This document shows, one piece after another, positions 15,082 to 23,550 of a stretch of DNA of 24,000 bases. Under the pieces are notes generated by a model that ran no database searches, had not been told where the DNA came from, and saw only the letters and a program-made list of their open reading frames with translations. Position 1 is the stretch's first letter; each line of letters starts with the position of its first letter. Source of the stretch: an uncultured Anaerolineaceae bacterium (GTDB lineage: Bacteria; Chloroflexota; Anaerolineae; Aggregatilineales; Aggregatilineaceae); assembly GCA_964393335.1 (NCBI GenBank), contig CAYMTN010000041.1, positions 1 to 24,000 of the forward strand, read 5' to 3'. Both the position numbers and the translations under genes were made by a program.

Positions 15082-16309
15082 GTATGTCCTCGCTTGTGTT
15101 TAGCTCCTCGTAGACGCGCAGCAGATCAGGCGCAATGACCGACCAATCATAACACCGCCGGACGTAATCCGCGCCTGCCTGGCCGAGTGCGGCCCGCTGT
15201 TCCGGGTCGTTCAGCAGCGTGATCACCGCCGCTGCAAACGCCGCCTCACCATCCGCCAGGCGGAGCTGCACGCCGTCATCGACATGCAGACCTTGCGCCC
15301 CGGTGGTGGTCGATACGACTGCCTGCCCGGCAGCCATCGCCTGCAGGAGTTTGAGGCGCGTGCCGCTGCCCATCCGCATGGGAACCACGTACACGGCGGC
15401 AGCGTACAAAAACGGATTCACGTTGGGCACCCAGCCCGTGATCTGCACATCATCGCGTTCTCGCAGCGCGTTGAGCCGGGAATGCGGGCTGCTGCCGACC
15501 GCAAAAAACCGTGCGCCGGGCACTTCGGCACGTATTCGGTCCAGCACGTGGTCCGCGAACCACAGCGCCGCGTCGACATTGGGCCGGTAGCTCATTGATC
15601 CGGTGAAGACCAATGCGTGCGGTCCCAGGTCCAGCGTCGAATCCTGCCGCGCGTAACGATCGATGTCGATTCCGTTGGAAACAACGCTGACCCGGCTGTC
15701 AGGCGCGAGACGCCGAAACGTGTCGGCGTCGGTGCCGGAAACGGCGATCACGTGGGCCACCGAGTTGCAGACTCCCCGTTCGAAACGTGCCAGCCGCTGC
15801 CATTGGACCCACGAATAAACCGCCCCCGGCAGCCGCCGCAGGTCGCGCTTTTCGGCATCATAGATCGTGCGCTGCAAGTCGAACTCGGCGTTGAAGGAGT
15901 CGTATATGATGGGGGTAGCGGGCTGTTGGTGCTGAATGACGGGCAGATACGCCGCCATTTCCAGACTTTCGATCTGGACCAGGTTAAATGATTGGTGCGT
16001 CAGGATGTCGGCCAGCCGCGCGGCATACAGCGGCGAATAAAAGCGGCCCTGCATGTCGGGTCTGTCCGTCAGCAGCAGATCGCGCAGCCGGTGCAGAATG
16101 GTGCGATGGGGCAGGGGCACGATCGTCACACTGGCGCAAAAGGCATCCAGCGCGTCGCGGTAGGTCTTCAACTGGTCCGGCTCGCCAAATGCCAGCAGGT
16201 GAACGGTGTGCCCGGCAGCGTGTACGGCCCGCATCAGCCCGTTGGTGCGCAGTGTGCCGCCCGCGTGGGCCGGTTCGGGTAATTGGGCGGCCAAAAAGAG
16301 AATTTGCAT
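15053..16309 (-). CDS. Glycosyltransferase family 4 (GT-B, group 1)
   Basis: The ATG at 16309 gives MQILFLAAQLPEPAHAGGTLRTNGL..., a typical GT4 N-terminus. The C-terminal half shows FTGSMSYRPNVDA and PMRMGSGTRLKLLQAMAAGQAVVST. Its 3' end overlaps the PPK2 start by 29 nt. Confidence 0.85.
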   Translation of the reverse strand: MQILFLAAQLPEPAHAGGTLRTNGLMRAVHAAGHTVHLLAFGEPDQLKTYRDALDAFCASVTIVPLPHRTILHRLRDLLLTDRPDMQGRFYSPLYAARLADILTHQSFNLVQIESLEMAAYLPVIQHQQPATPIIYDSFNAEFDLQRTIYDAEKRDLRRLPGAVYSWVQWQRLARFERGVCNSVAHVIAVSGTDADTFRRLAPDSRVSVVSNGIDIDRYARQDSTLDLGPHALVFTGSMSYRPNVDAALWFADHVLDRIRAEVPGARFFAVGSSPHSRLNALRERDDVQITGWVPNVNPFLYAAAVYVVPMRMGSGTRLKLLQAMAAGQAVVSTTTGAQGLHVDDGVQLRLADGEAAFAAAVITLLNDPEQRAALGQAGADYVRRCYDWSVIAPDLLRVYEELNTSEDIHEQKTTTPA

Positions 16310-16345
16310 CGTGATATGATCCGGTGTAGTGGTAGGAAGCACAGA

Positions 16346-17458
16346 TCAAGAAACTACTGCCTCGCGATACACGGCCAGGGCTGTTTCGGCGGTGCGCTGC
16401 CAGGTGAACGTCGCCGCACGGGCCAGCCCGGCGGATCGCATGCCTCTGTGCAGGTCGCTGTCCAACAGCACGCGCCTGATCGTGTGGGCGATGTCGTCAG
16501 GATCATCCGGGTTGACGAGCTGCCCTGCGTCGCCGACGACTTCCGGCAGTGAGCTGCGATTGGAGACAATCGTCGGCGTACCACACGCCATCGCTTCGAG
16601 CGCTGTCAGCCCGAACCCTTCATAAAACGACGGCAGCACGAGAACCACTGCGCCGTTGTAGATGGCCGGTAACGCGGCGAAGGGCGCATTTTCCAGCCAG
16701 ATGATGGCGTCTGCCAGCTTGAGCGCCTCGACGGATTGAAAAATGTCCTCGTAGAGCCAGCCGCGCCGCCCGGCCAAAACCAGCGGCGGCACATCCGGCA
16801 GATCGTGGCGCAGCCGGGCGTATGCTTCCAGCAAGCCGGGAATGTTTTTGCGCGGCTCAAATGTGCCCACAAATAGAATATACAACTCCGGCAGCCCAAG
16901 CTGCACACGGATTTGTCGGACGACATCATCCGGCAGCGGCTGAAAAACGTCATCCACGCCCAGCATGTGAACTGTCATCTTTTCGGGGGGAACATGCAGC
17001 AGGTTCGTCAGGTCATCCTGGGTGGCGTGCGACGAAACCAGGATGTGATCGGCCACACGGACCGCCCGGGTTATTTGCTCGTTGTAGTGGCGGCGGCTGT
17101 CAGCCGTCATGAACTGGTCATAGTGCAGAAAGTGAACGTCGTGCACGGTGATGACCTGCCGCCGCGCGCCATGCTGTGGCGGGATCATGTCGGGGCTGTG
17201 CAGCAGGTCCAGGCGATGCCGCGCCAGTTCTGCCGATAGACTCCACCGCTCCAGGCGGTGGTGGCTGGGTGTGATGGTATCGATGCGGCGGATATTGGGA
17301 CCCTGGGCCAGCGTGTTGGTGTCCCGGTGGTGCTGAATGATGCAAAAGCAGGTGTTATGGTCCAGCGCGGTTAATGCGCGGATCAGTTGCCGCGTGTATT
17401 CCGCGATGCCGCCGGGACGGTAGTACGTGAGTCGTGCGTCGATTCCGATTTTGACCAT
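16346..17458 (-). CDS. Glycosyltransferase family 4 (GT-B, group 1)
   Basis: The ATG at 17458 gives MVKIGIDARLTYYRPGGIAEYTRQLIRAL.... The sequence also shows FVGTFEPRKNI and LPSFYEGFGLTALEAMACGTPTIVSNRSSLPEVVGDAG. Confidence 0.88.
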   Translation of the reverse strand: MVKIGIDARLTYYRPGGIAEYTRQLIRALTALDHNTCFCIIQHHRDTNTLAQGPNIRRIDTITPSHHRLERWSLSAELARHRLDLLHSPDMIPPQHGARRQVITVHDVHFLHYDQFMTADSRRHYNEQITRAVRVADHILVSSHATQDDLTNLLHVPPEKMTVHMLGVDDVFQPLPDDVVRQIRVQLGLPELYILFVGTFEPRKNIPGLLEAYARLRHDLPDVPPLVLAGRRGWLYEDIFQSVEALKLADAIIWLENAPFAALPAIYNGAVVLVLPSFYEGFGLTALEAMACGTPTIVSNRSSLPEVVGDAGQLVNPDDPDDIAHTIRRVLLDSDLHRGMRSAGLARAATFTWQRTAETALAVYREAVVS

Positions 17459-17465
17459 GTGCCAG

Positions 17466-17494
17466 AGTATAGCCGATGGGACAGACCCCACCAA
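17466..17494 (-). promoter_or_regulatory. Promoter TTGGTG-17nt-TATACT positioned for a leaderless GT4 mRNA
   Basis: On the minus strand the -35 TTGGTG is at 17494..17489 and the -10 TATACT is at 17471..17466. Only 7 nt (CTGGCAC) separate the -10 from the ATG at 17458, and there is no SD. Confidence 0.5.
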
Positions 17495-17545
17495 GATCGA
17501 GATCGTTTTTCGTGTGACAGAATCTCTGTTGAGCTGAGGGTGATG

Positions 17546-17554
17546 TGTTATAAT
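17546..17554 (+). promoter_or_regulatory. Extended -10 promoter TGTTATAAT for the coiled-coil protein gene
   Basis: A TGnTATAAT at 17546..17554 is followed by GC. It ends 39 nt upstream of the ATG at 17594, which has an AGGAG SD at 17582..17586. Confidence 0.6.
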
Positions 17555-17593
17555 GCGTCACGGGACGCACGGCTAGTTGGTAGGAGTGTCGCT

Positions 17594-18793
17594 ATGGATT
17601 TACAGCAAGCAGCTCGTATGATCGAATGGTTGGACGAAGAACGCCGCCGTGACAAGGGGACTATCGCTCTGCTGGAGGAACGTCTTGAGCAGCAGAACGA
17701 CCTGGTCACCCAGCTTCGACGCCGTTTGGATGGCCTGGAGGGCGAACAGTCCAGCATGCGCTCGGCGTTTCTGCCAGTAGGGCGTGAGAAGGAGATCAGC
17801 GATCAACTTCGCACCGAAATCCAACAGATGGTCGAAGCGGTCGAAAGCAAACGTCTGATGGCCGAACGTGAGGCCGAACGACGCGGCGATATCGCGCGCG
17901 AAAGCATCGCGCGTATGGTGCGGGACATGGGGGATCGCACTGAGGCAATCGAGCGTGCAATCGAGGAACTACCGGCGGCGCGTGTGGAGCGTGATCGGGT
18001 GGCATCGGCGCTGGCAGCGGTCCAACAGCGCATGGAGGACTTGACCAAGAAGTTCGAGGAACCGGAGCGCCGCATCACATTTTTGGAGGAGCAGCGCCGG
18101 CAAGACTCGCGCCGAATCTCTGACATTCAATCGGAGCTGCCTGAAATCCAGAAGCAGGTTGACGCGGCCCGGCCCCGCGTCGAAGCCATTGAAAACATGG
18201 TCCTGCGCAACGAAAAGCGCATCCTGGAGGGGCAGAACGCCGAACGCGAGCGCCGCGAGGAAATGCAGCAATTCATCGACCAGCAGACACTCCTGCTGCA
18301 ACAGCGCGACCAACAGGTTGCCGAACTGACTAAGAATTTCGGCACCTACGACGAAGACATGCGCCGTTATATCGAGCGGTTTGAGTCCTGGGCCGAAACG
18401 CATCGCCAGATGAAAAAGATCGTGGACGATTTCGAGCGCATTGCCGAACGTCTGGGCCGCCGCATCAACGAAGTCGCCGAAATGCAGCGCCTGTCTGAAG
18501 AACGCTTCCGCCAGGAATGGAATGATTGGATCGCGGATGATCAGAAACGATGGAAGCAGTTCACGCTGACCAACGACGAAGCATGGCGCAACCATGACAA
18601 ACAACTGGCCCAATATCGCCAGAATGTCGAAGCGTTGCAGGCGGCGCTTGAACCGGTCAAGGGCAGCCTGGACCGTGTATGGCAGTTGGAACGTGCGCGC
18701 GCTGAGTTGTACCGCGAACGGTACCAGACGCTGCTGCTGCAATATGACCAGGTCGAGCCGGCCCCGGCACCGAGCAGCAACGGCAGCGAATAA
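17594..18793 (+). CDS. Coiled-coil-rich protein (399 aa) with three internal repeat units; function unknown
   Basis: The track ORF starts at 17387. The ATG at 17594 has a good AGGAG SD with a 7-nt spacer. The sequence is dominated by E, R, Q and L heptad-like segments. I recognise no enzymatic motif. Confidence 0.75.
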   Translation: MDLQQAARMIEWLDEERRRDKGTIALLEERLEQQNDLVTQLRRRLDGLEGEQSSMRSAFLPVGREKEISDQLRTEIQQMVEAVESKRLMAEREAERRGDIARESIARMVRDMGDRTEAIERAIEELPAARVERDRVASALAAVQQRMEDLTKKFEEPERRITFLEEQRRQDSRRISDIQSELPEIQKQVDAARPRVEAIENMVLRNEKRILEGQNAERERREEMQQFIDQQTLLLQQRDQQVAELTKNFGTYDEDMRRYIERFESWAETHRQMKKIVDDFERIAERLGRRINEVAEMQRLSEERFRQEWNDWIADDQKRWKQFTLTNDEAWRNHDKQLAQYRQNVEALQAALEPVKGSLDRVWQLERARAELYRERYQTLLLQYDQVEPAPAPSSNGSE

Positions 18794-18876
18794 CGAGTCC
18801 CGTCGTTTCAGATGGGGAGTCATTAATATAACCGTCTAAGGTTGCGCCGTTTGCGCACAATTCTGAGAATATCCCC

Positions 18877-18882
18877 TATAAT
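18877..18882 (+). promoter_or_regulatory. Candidate -10 box TATAAT upstream of the malic enzyme gene
   Basis: TATAAT at 18877..18882 sits in an AT-richer 203-nt intergenic region. There is no TGn and no clear -35. The palindrome ATTCTGAGAAT (18860..18870) lies just upstream. Confidence 0.35.
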
Positions 18883-18996
18883 GGGTATATGGAGTGCGTC
18901 GTATTGCCGCGCTGGGCGGTTCTTTTGTTTTGGGTCGGTGCGCAGACGATATCGCCCACATCCTTTACAACTATTTGACTTACTGTGGAGAAAAAT

Positions 18997-20367
18997 ATGG
19001 TTGAAAAACAAATTACGAAAGAGGAACTGCTGGCAAAAGCCAAGAAGCCTGCCGCCGATGCCATGCGACTCCACGCATTTTATCAGGGAAAAACGCAGAC
19101 AGCGCTGCGCTGCCCGGTGCGCGATCTGCAAGATTTTGCGATCTGGTATACGCCGGGTGTTGCCGCACCCTGCCGCGCCATCCAACAGGACCCCAGCCTG
19201 GTCTATGAACTCACCAGCAAATGGAACACGGTTGCCATAATCTCAGATGGCACCCGTGTTTTGGGCTTGGGCGATATTGGCCCCAAGGCGGGACTGCCGG
19301 TGATGGAAGGTAAGGCACTGCTCTACAAGTACCTCGGTGGAGTCGATGCGTTCCCTATCATGCTGGATACCAGGGACCCGGACAAGATCATCGAAACGGT
19401 ATTGGTGCTGCAACCGGGCCTGGGCGGGGTGAACCTCGAAGATATTTCCCAGCCGAAATGTTTCCGTATTCTGGATACGCTGCGCGAACAGGCCGAGATT
19501 CCGATCTGGCACGACGATCAACAGGGAACGGCCAGTGTCGTACTGGCCGGAATGATCAATGCTGCGCAGATCGTCGGAAAACGGCTGCAAGATATGCGGA
19601 TTACGTTTGTGGGGGCGGGTGCGGCGAACATCGCGTGTTCGCGCCTGCTGTTTGCCTATGGCGTTGACCCGTCGAACTGCCTTATGGTCGATGTTGACGG
19701 CATCCTGGGCAAACACCGCCGCGATATCTACCTGCGCCGGGCAGAATACGTGCAGCACTGGCATCTGTGCCAGATCACAAATCATGAGGAATCGCAGGGT
19801 GATGTCGAGGCGGCGCTGCGCGGCGCGGACGTGATGATCGGGTTTTCGACGCCGGGACCGGACGTGGTCAAACCGCAGTGGATCAAACAGATGGCCAAAG
19901 ATGCCATCGTGATCGCCGGTGCGAATCCGATCCCCGAAATATGGCCATGGGAAGCCAAAGAAGCCGGGGCGGCCGTCGTGGCGACGGGCCGGTCGGATTT
20001 CCCGAATCAGGTGAACAACTCGCTCGGTTTCCCTGGCATTTTCCGAGGTGCGTTGGACGTGCGAGCCATGACCATCACCGATGAAATGGCGATTGCGGCG
20101 TCCGAAACGCTGGCGGGCCTTGTTCCTGAGGCGGATTTGACACCGGAACACCTCCTGCCGACGATGGACGACTGGGACGTGTTCCCGCGTGAGGCCGCCG
20201 CTGTGGCGATGAAAGCCCAGGAACAAGGTGTGGCACGCGTTGCGACAACCTATGACGAAGAACATGAGCGCGCGACAGAAATGATCCGCTGCGCGCGCGA
20301 AATGACACATTTGTTGATGCGTGAAGGTTTCATTCCCGAAGCCCCTGAAGATGGGGATGAGGCATAG
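18997..20367 (+). CDS. NAD(P)-dependent malic enzyme (short form, no PTA domain)
   Basis: The ATG at 18997 has a GGAG SD at 18987..18990. Family segments seen: AIWYTPGVA, VAIISDGTRVLGLGDIGPKAGLPVMEGKALLYK, GGVNLEDI, the dinucleotide fold FVGAGAANIA and NNSLGFPGIFRGALD. Confidence 0.93.
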   Translation: MVEKQITKEELLAKAKKPAADAMRLHAFYQGKTQTALRCPVRDLQDFAIWYTPGVAAPCRAIQQDPSLVYELTSKWNTVAIISDGTRVLGLGDIGPKAGLPVMEGKALLYKYLGGVDAFPIMLDTRDPDKIIETVLVLQPGLGGVNLEDISQPKCFRILDTLREQAEIPIWHDDQQGTASVVLAGMINAAQIVGKRLQDMRITFVGAGAANIACSRLLFAYGVDPSNCLMVDVDGILGKHRRDIYLRRAEYVQHWHLCQITNHEESQGDVEAALRGADVMIGFSTPGPDVVKPQWIKQMAKDAIVIAGANPIPEIWPWEAKEAGAAVVATGRSDFPNQVNNSLGFPGIFRGALDVRAMTITDEMAIAASETLAGLVPEADLTPEHLLPTMDDWDVFPREAAAVAMKAQEQGVARVATTYDEEHERATEMIRCAREMTHLLMREGFIPEAPEDGDEA

Positions 20368-20384
20368 GAAGGTAACAGAATATT

Positions 20385-21323
20385 ATGCACGAAACGATTA
20401 TTATCGGTGGTGGCCCGGCTGGGTTGGCAGCGGCGGCGTATGCTGTGCGCAAGCGCATGGATGCGTTATTTATCTCCAAAGGGTTAGGGGGCCGTACCCG
20501 GCGCATACTGAAACTGCCCTGGATCGAGGATTACCAGGTTACGGTGGGCGATGAAACCATTCAGCGGTTCCGCACCCAGTTGGAATACCTGGATTTTATG
20601 CGCGTGCGGGCGGCTGTTTCGCACCTGGAACCGATTGATGGCGGTTTCAGGGTTATGGTGTCGGATGGCAAGGTATACGAAACTCAAACCGTGATTCTCA
20701 CCACAGGCGCGGCTGGTGAGCCGCTGCATGTCCCCGGCGAGCAGGAATTCGAGATGCGCGGCCTGTGCTACAGCGCGATGACGTATGCGCCCTTGATGGT
20801 TGATCGTAATGTTGTGGTGGTGGGCGAGCAAATGCTGGCGCTGCGGGCGGTGGCAGAACTACAGCGCATTGCGACACAGGTTACGCTGATAGCCGAAAGC
20901 GAAGGCGATCTGGATAGTAACGTCGGCAAACGCGTGCTGGCGGCTGAAAACGTGGTGGTAAAACGGGATGCGCGAGTAGTCGAGGTACAGGGCGATCAAT
21001 ACGCCCGCAGCATCGTGATCCGCATGGAAGGGCGCCACCAGGAAATCCCCGCCGATGTCGTGTTTGTTGAAAAACAGTTGGTGCCGAATTCTGACCTGGC
21101 TGTCGGGTTAGTTGACCTGGACGAATGCGGGTTCATCAAGGTGGATGCTCGCAACCGGACCACCATGCCGGGGCTGTTCGCGGCAGGGGATGTTACGAAT
21201 GCACTGGCATTCCAGGTGTTGATGGGCCTGGGCGACGGCGAAAAGGCGGCGCTGAGCGCATTTGACTATTTGCTGGGCATGAACGACGCCGAATTTGTGT
21301 GTGAAACAACTAACGACGGGTGA
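20385..21323 (+). CDS. Thioredoxin-reductase-fold FAD protein lacking the CxxC redox centre and the NADPH glycine motif
   Basis: 312 aa. The FAD motifs IIIGGGPAGLAAAAYA and GLFAAGDV are present. The central region GLCYSAMTYAPLMVDRNVVVVGEQMLA aligns without gaps to my recollection of E. coli TrxB, [27 protein letters not shown]. Confidence 0.8.
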   Translation: MHETIIIGGGPAGLAAAAYAVRKRMDALFISKGLGGRTRRILKLPWIEDYQVTVGDETIQRFRTQLEYLDFMRVRAAVSHLEPIDGGFRVMVSDGKVYETQTVILTTGAAGEPLHVPGEQEFEMRGLCYSAMTYAPLMVDRNVVVVGEQMLALRAVAELQRIATQVTLIAESEGDLDSNVGKRVLAAENVVVKRDARVVEVQGDQYARSIVIRMEGRHQEIPADVVFVEKQLVPNSDLAVGLVDLDECGFIKVDARNRTTMPGLFAAGDVTNALAFQVLMGLGDGEKAALSAFDYLLGMNDAEFVCETTNDG

Positions 21324-21342
21324 CCTGTTCGTATATAGGTGC

Positions 21343-21379
21343 AACGGGGTGACAGCAATCGTGTCACCCCGTTTTGTTT
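21343..21379 (+). terminator. Strong intrinsic terminator shared by convergent genes
   Basis: A perfect 12-bp stem pairs AACGGGGTGACA (21343..21354) with TGTCACCCCGTT (21362..21373) around a 7-nt loop, followed by TTTTGTTT. It lies between the 21323 stop (+) and the murA stop (21379..21381, -). Confidence 0.8.
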
Positions 21380-22674
21380 CAGGTGGTCGGGACCGGTTCG
21401 CGGTGGATATGCGCGCCAAGGTTGCGCAGCTTTTCTTCGACGCGCTCATAGCCCCGGTCGATCTGGCCGATATTGCGGATCGTCGTGGTACCGCGCGCGC
21501 ACAGCGCCGCGAGCAGCAGCGCCATGCCGGCGCGGATATCCGGGCTGGTGATATTGGGCGCAGCCCGCAGCACGGTCGGGCCGTGCACTACCGCGCGGTG
21601 CGGATCGCACAGAAAAATGCGCGCACCCATGTTGATCAGTTTATCGGTGAAGAAAAACCGGCTGTTGTACATCCATTCGTGAAACAACACCGTACCCGCC
21701 GATTGGGTAGCGACGGTCAGCGCGATACTCATCAGGTCCGAAGGGAAGGCGGGCCAGGGCTGCGCCTTGATTTCGGGGATTTGGTTTCCCAGATCACGCT
21801 CGATTAACAGCGACTGTCCGCGCGGCACGATGATATCATCCCCGTCCACCTGCCACGTGACGCCTAGCTTACGAAAAACCAGCGACGCCATTTCGAGGTG
21901 CTGCGGGTCGGCCTGCCGGATGCGAATCTCGCCGCCGGTCACGACTGCCGCGCCGACAAAACTGATCACCTCCATGTAATCCGCCTCGACTCGATATTCG
22001 GTGCCGTGCAGCCGCTCCACACCCTGAATCGTCAACTGGTTCGTGCCAATGCCGCCGATCTGTGCGCCCATGCTGTTGAGCATGTGGCACAGGTTTTGGA
22101 TGTGTGGTTCCGAGGCGGCATTACGAATCACGGTGGTGTCTGTGGCGAGTGTGGCCGCCATGATCGTATTCTCGGTGGCGGTAACACTCGCTTCATCCAG
22201 CAGGATATCCGCGCCGTGCAGCCCGTCCGCGTTCATGGAAAAACTGCTGTTGAACGTGATATTCGCGCCGAGTTTTTGCAGCGCCATGACGTGTGTATCC
22301 AGCCGCCGCCGCCCAATGACGTCACCACCCGGCGGCGATAACTCCAGGCTGCCGGTACGGGCCAGCATCGGCCCGGCGAACACGATCGAGGCCCGCGTGC
22401 GCTGGCAGAGTTCCCGGTCCAGCACATGATTGGTGATCTCTTTGGCGTGGACGCGCACGCGGTGCCCGTCCAACACCTCGACCTCGGCCCCCAGGCTGCG
22501 CAGCAAGTCGAACGTGATGCGCACGTCGGCAATATCCGGCACATTTCGCAGAATCACGGGTTCGTCGGTCAGCAGACATGCTGGCAGCATTTTCGTTGCC
22601 GCGTTTTTGTTGCCGCTGACGGTGACTTCGCCTTCCAGCCTGTGATTACCTTCGATGACGAATTGTTCGCGCAT
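21379..22674 (-). CDS. murA: UDP-N-acetylglucosamine 1-carboxyvinyltransferase MurA (Asp variant at the catalytic Cys position)
   Basis: The track ORF (527 aa) carries a spurious 96-aa Arg/Gly-rich extension. The ATG at 22674 has a GGGAG SD 8 nt upstream and gives MREQFVIEGNHRLEGEVTVSGNKNAATKMLPA..., 431 aa. It looks collinear with my recollection of E. coli MurA through to IDRGYERVEEKLRNLGA. Confidence 0.95.
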   Translation of the reverse strand: MREQFVIEGNHRLEGEVTVSGNKNAATKMLPACLLTDEPVILRNVPDIADVRITFDLLRSLGAEVEVLDGHRVRVHAKEITNHVLDRELCQRTRASIVFAGPMLARTGSLELSPPGGDVIGRRRLDTHVMALQKLGANITFNSSFSMNADGLHGADILLDEASVTATENTIMAATLATDTTVIRNAASEPHIQNLCHMLNSMGAQIGGIGTNQLTIQGVERLHGTEYRVEADYMEVISFVGAAVVTGGEIRIRQADPQHLEMASLVFRKLGVTWQVDGDDIIVPRGQSLLIERDLGNQIPEIKAQPWPAFPSDLMSIALTVATQSAGTVLFHEWMYNSRFFFTDKLINMGARIFLCDPHRAVVHGPTVLRAAPNITSPDIRAGMALLLAALCARGTTTIRNIGQIDRGYERVEEKLRNLGAHIHREPVPTT

Positions 22675-22694
22675 GGTGTTTGCTCCCGGTGGGG

Positions 22695-23543
22695 TCAGGT
22701 GTCCCAGGTGACGCTCACCGCGCCGCCAATCGAAACGCCAAGCGCCATCGCCGCGCTGCCCTGGTTCAACCCAACTTCGAGCTGGCCGGAACTGCCGACC
22801 AATGCCGCCAGCGTGCCGGGCGACACCGCCCCATAGGTCGCGCGGATTCCGTCCAGCGTGTGATTCCCGGCGATGACGTGGCAGGCCGGGGCGTCCAGCG
22901 TGGACGCCGGGCGATCTGGCCCAAACTGCGGATTGAGTCGCAGAGTATCTGCGCCGGACCACGTCAATTCACCGATGCTGGTGATGACGTTGCCGAAGTG
23001 ATCGATGTGCAGCACTTCGCCGTGAATGTATCCCGGCGCGATGTCCAGGCGAGGGTCCGGCAGCCGCTTGAGGCCCGGCAGAGCCGGACCGAGCGCCTCA
23101 ACCGGCACGCCATTTGCCAGGTGAGCGGCTGCCGGGCTGAAGATATCACGTCCGTGAAAGGTCTGGCTGACGGTGGGCAGTTGGTAGCTTGGATTTTGCA
23201 GAACAGCTGTTTGTTGTACCTGGACATGTGGCAGCACGAAACTTAGCACGCCGTTATCCGGCGCGACAAACGTGCCGCGATCCGTCTGGACGGCGATAGG
23301 TTCGCGGGCCGTTCCCACACCGGGATCGACCACGACCAGAAAAACGGTGCCCGGTGGAAAATGGCGAAAAGCCGTCAGCAGCACGTATGCCGCCTGCCGG
23401 ACGTTTTGCGGTTGGATGGCATGTGTGATGTCCACGTGACGCGCCGCCGGGCAGATGCCGTGCATCACGCCCTTCATCGTCCCGACATACGCATCCGACA
23501 GCCCAAAATCTGTTAACAGTGCAATGATTGGGTTCTCGTTCAT
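22695..23543 (-). CDS. SAM hydrolase / SAM-dependent halogenase family protein (DUF62, S-adenosyl-L-methionine hydroxide adenosyltransferase-like)
   Basis: The ATG at 23543 gives MNENPIIALLTDFGLSDAYVGTMKGVM.... VVVDPGVGT and VAPDNGVL are also present, all typical of the family. The track extension to 23702 lacks support. Confidence 0.85.
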   Translation of the reverse strand: MNENPIIALLTDFGLSDAYVGTMKGVMHGICPAARHVDITHAIQPQNVRQAAYVLLTAFRHFPPGTVFLVVVDPGVGTAREPIAVQTDRGTFVAPDNGVLSFVLPHVQVQQTAVLQNPSYQLPTVSQTFHGRDIFSPAAAHLANGVPVEALGPALPGLKRLPDPRLDIAPGYIHGEVLHIDHFGNVITSIGELTWSGADTLRLNPQFGPDRPASTLDAPACHVIAGNHTLDGIRATYGAVSPGTLAALVGSSGQLEVGLNQGSAAMALGVSIGGAVSVTWDT

Positions 23544-23550
23544 GGTTCCG

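Noticed and set aside
17969-18823. 284-aa minus-strand ORF opposite the coiled-coil gene
   Set aside because: The complement of a biased E/R/Q/L coding region stays open by chance. The plus frame has a promoter and an SD.
19243-20310. 355-aa minus-strand ORF opposite the malic enzyme gene
   Set aside because: It is antisense to an unambiguous malic enzyme. It is Arg/His-rich with no recognisable motifs.
22675-22962. 96-aa N-terminal extension of murA in the track (527 aa)
   Set aside because: The extension is Arg/Gly/Pro-rich and overlaps the DUF62 gene 3' end. A canonical MurA N-terminus and a GGGAG SD support the ATG at 22674.
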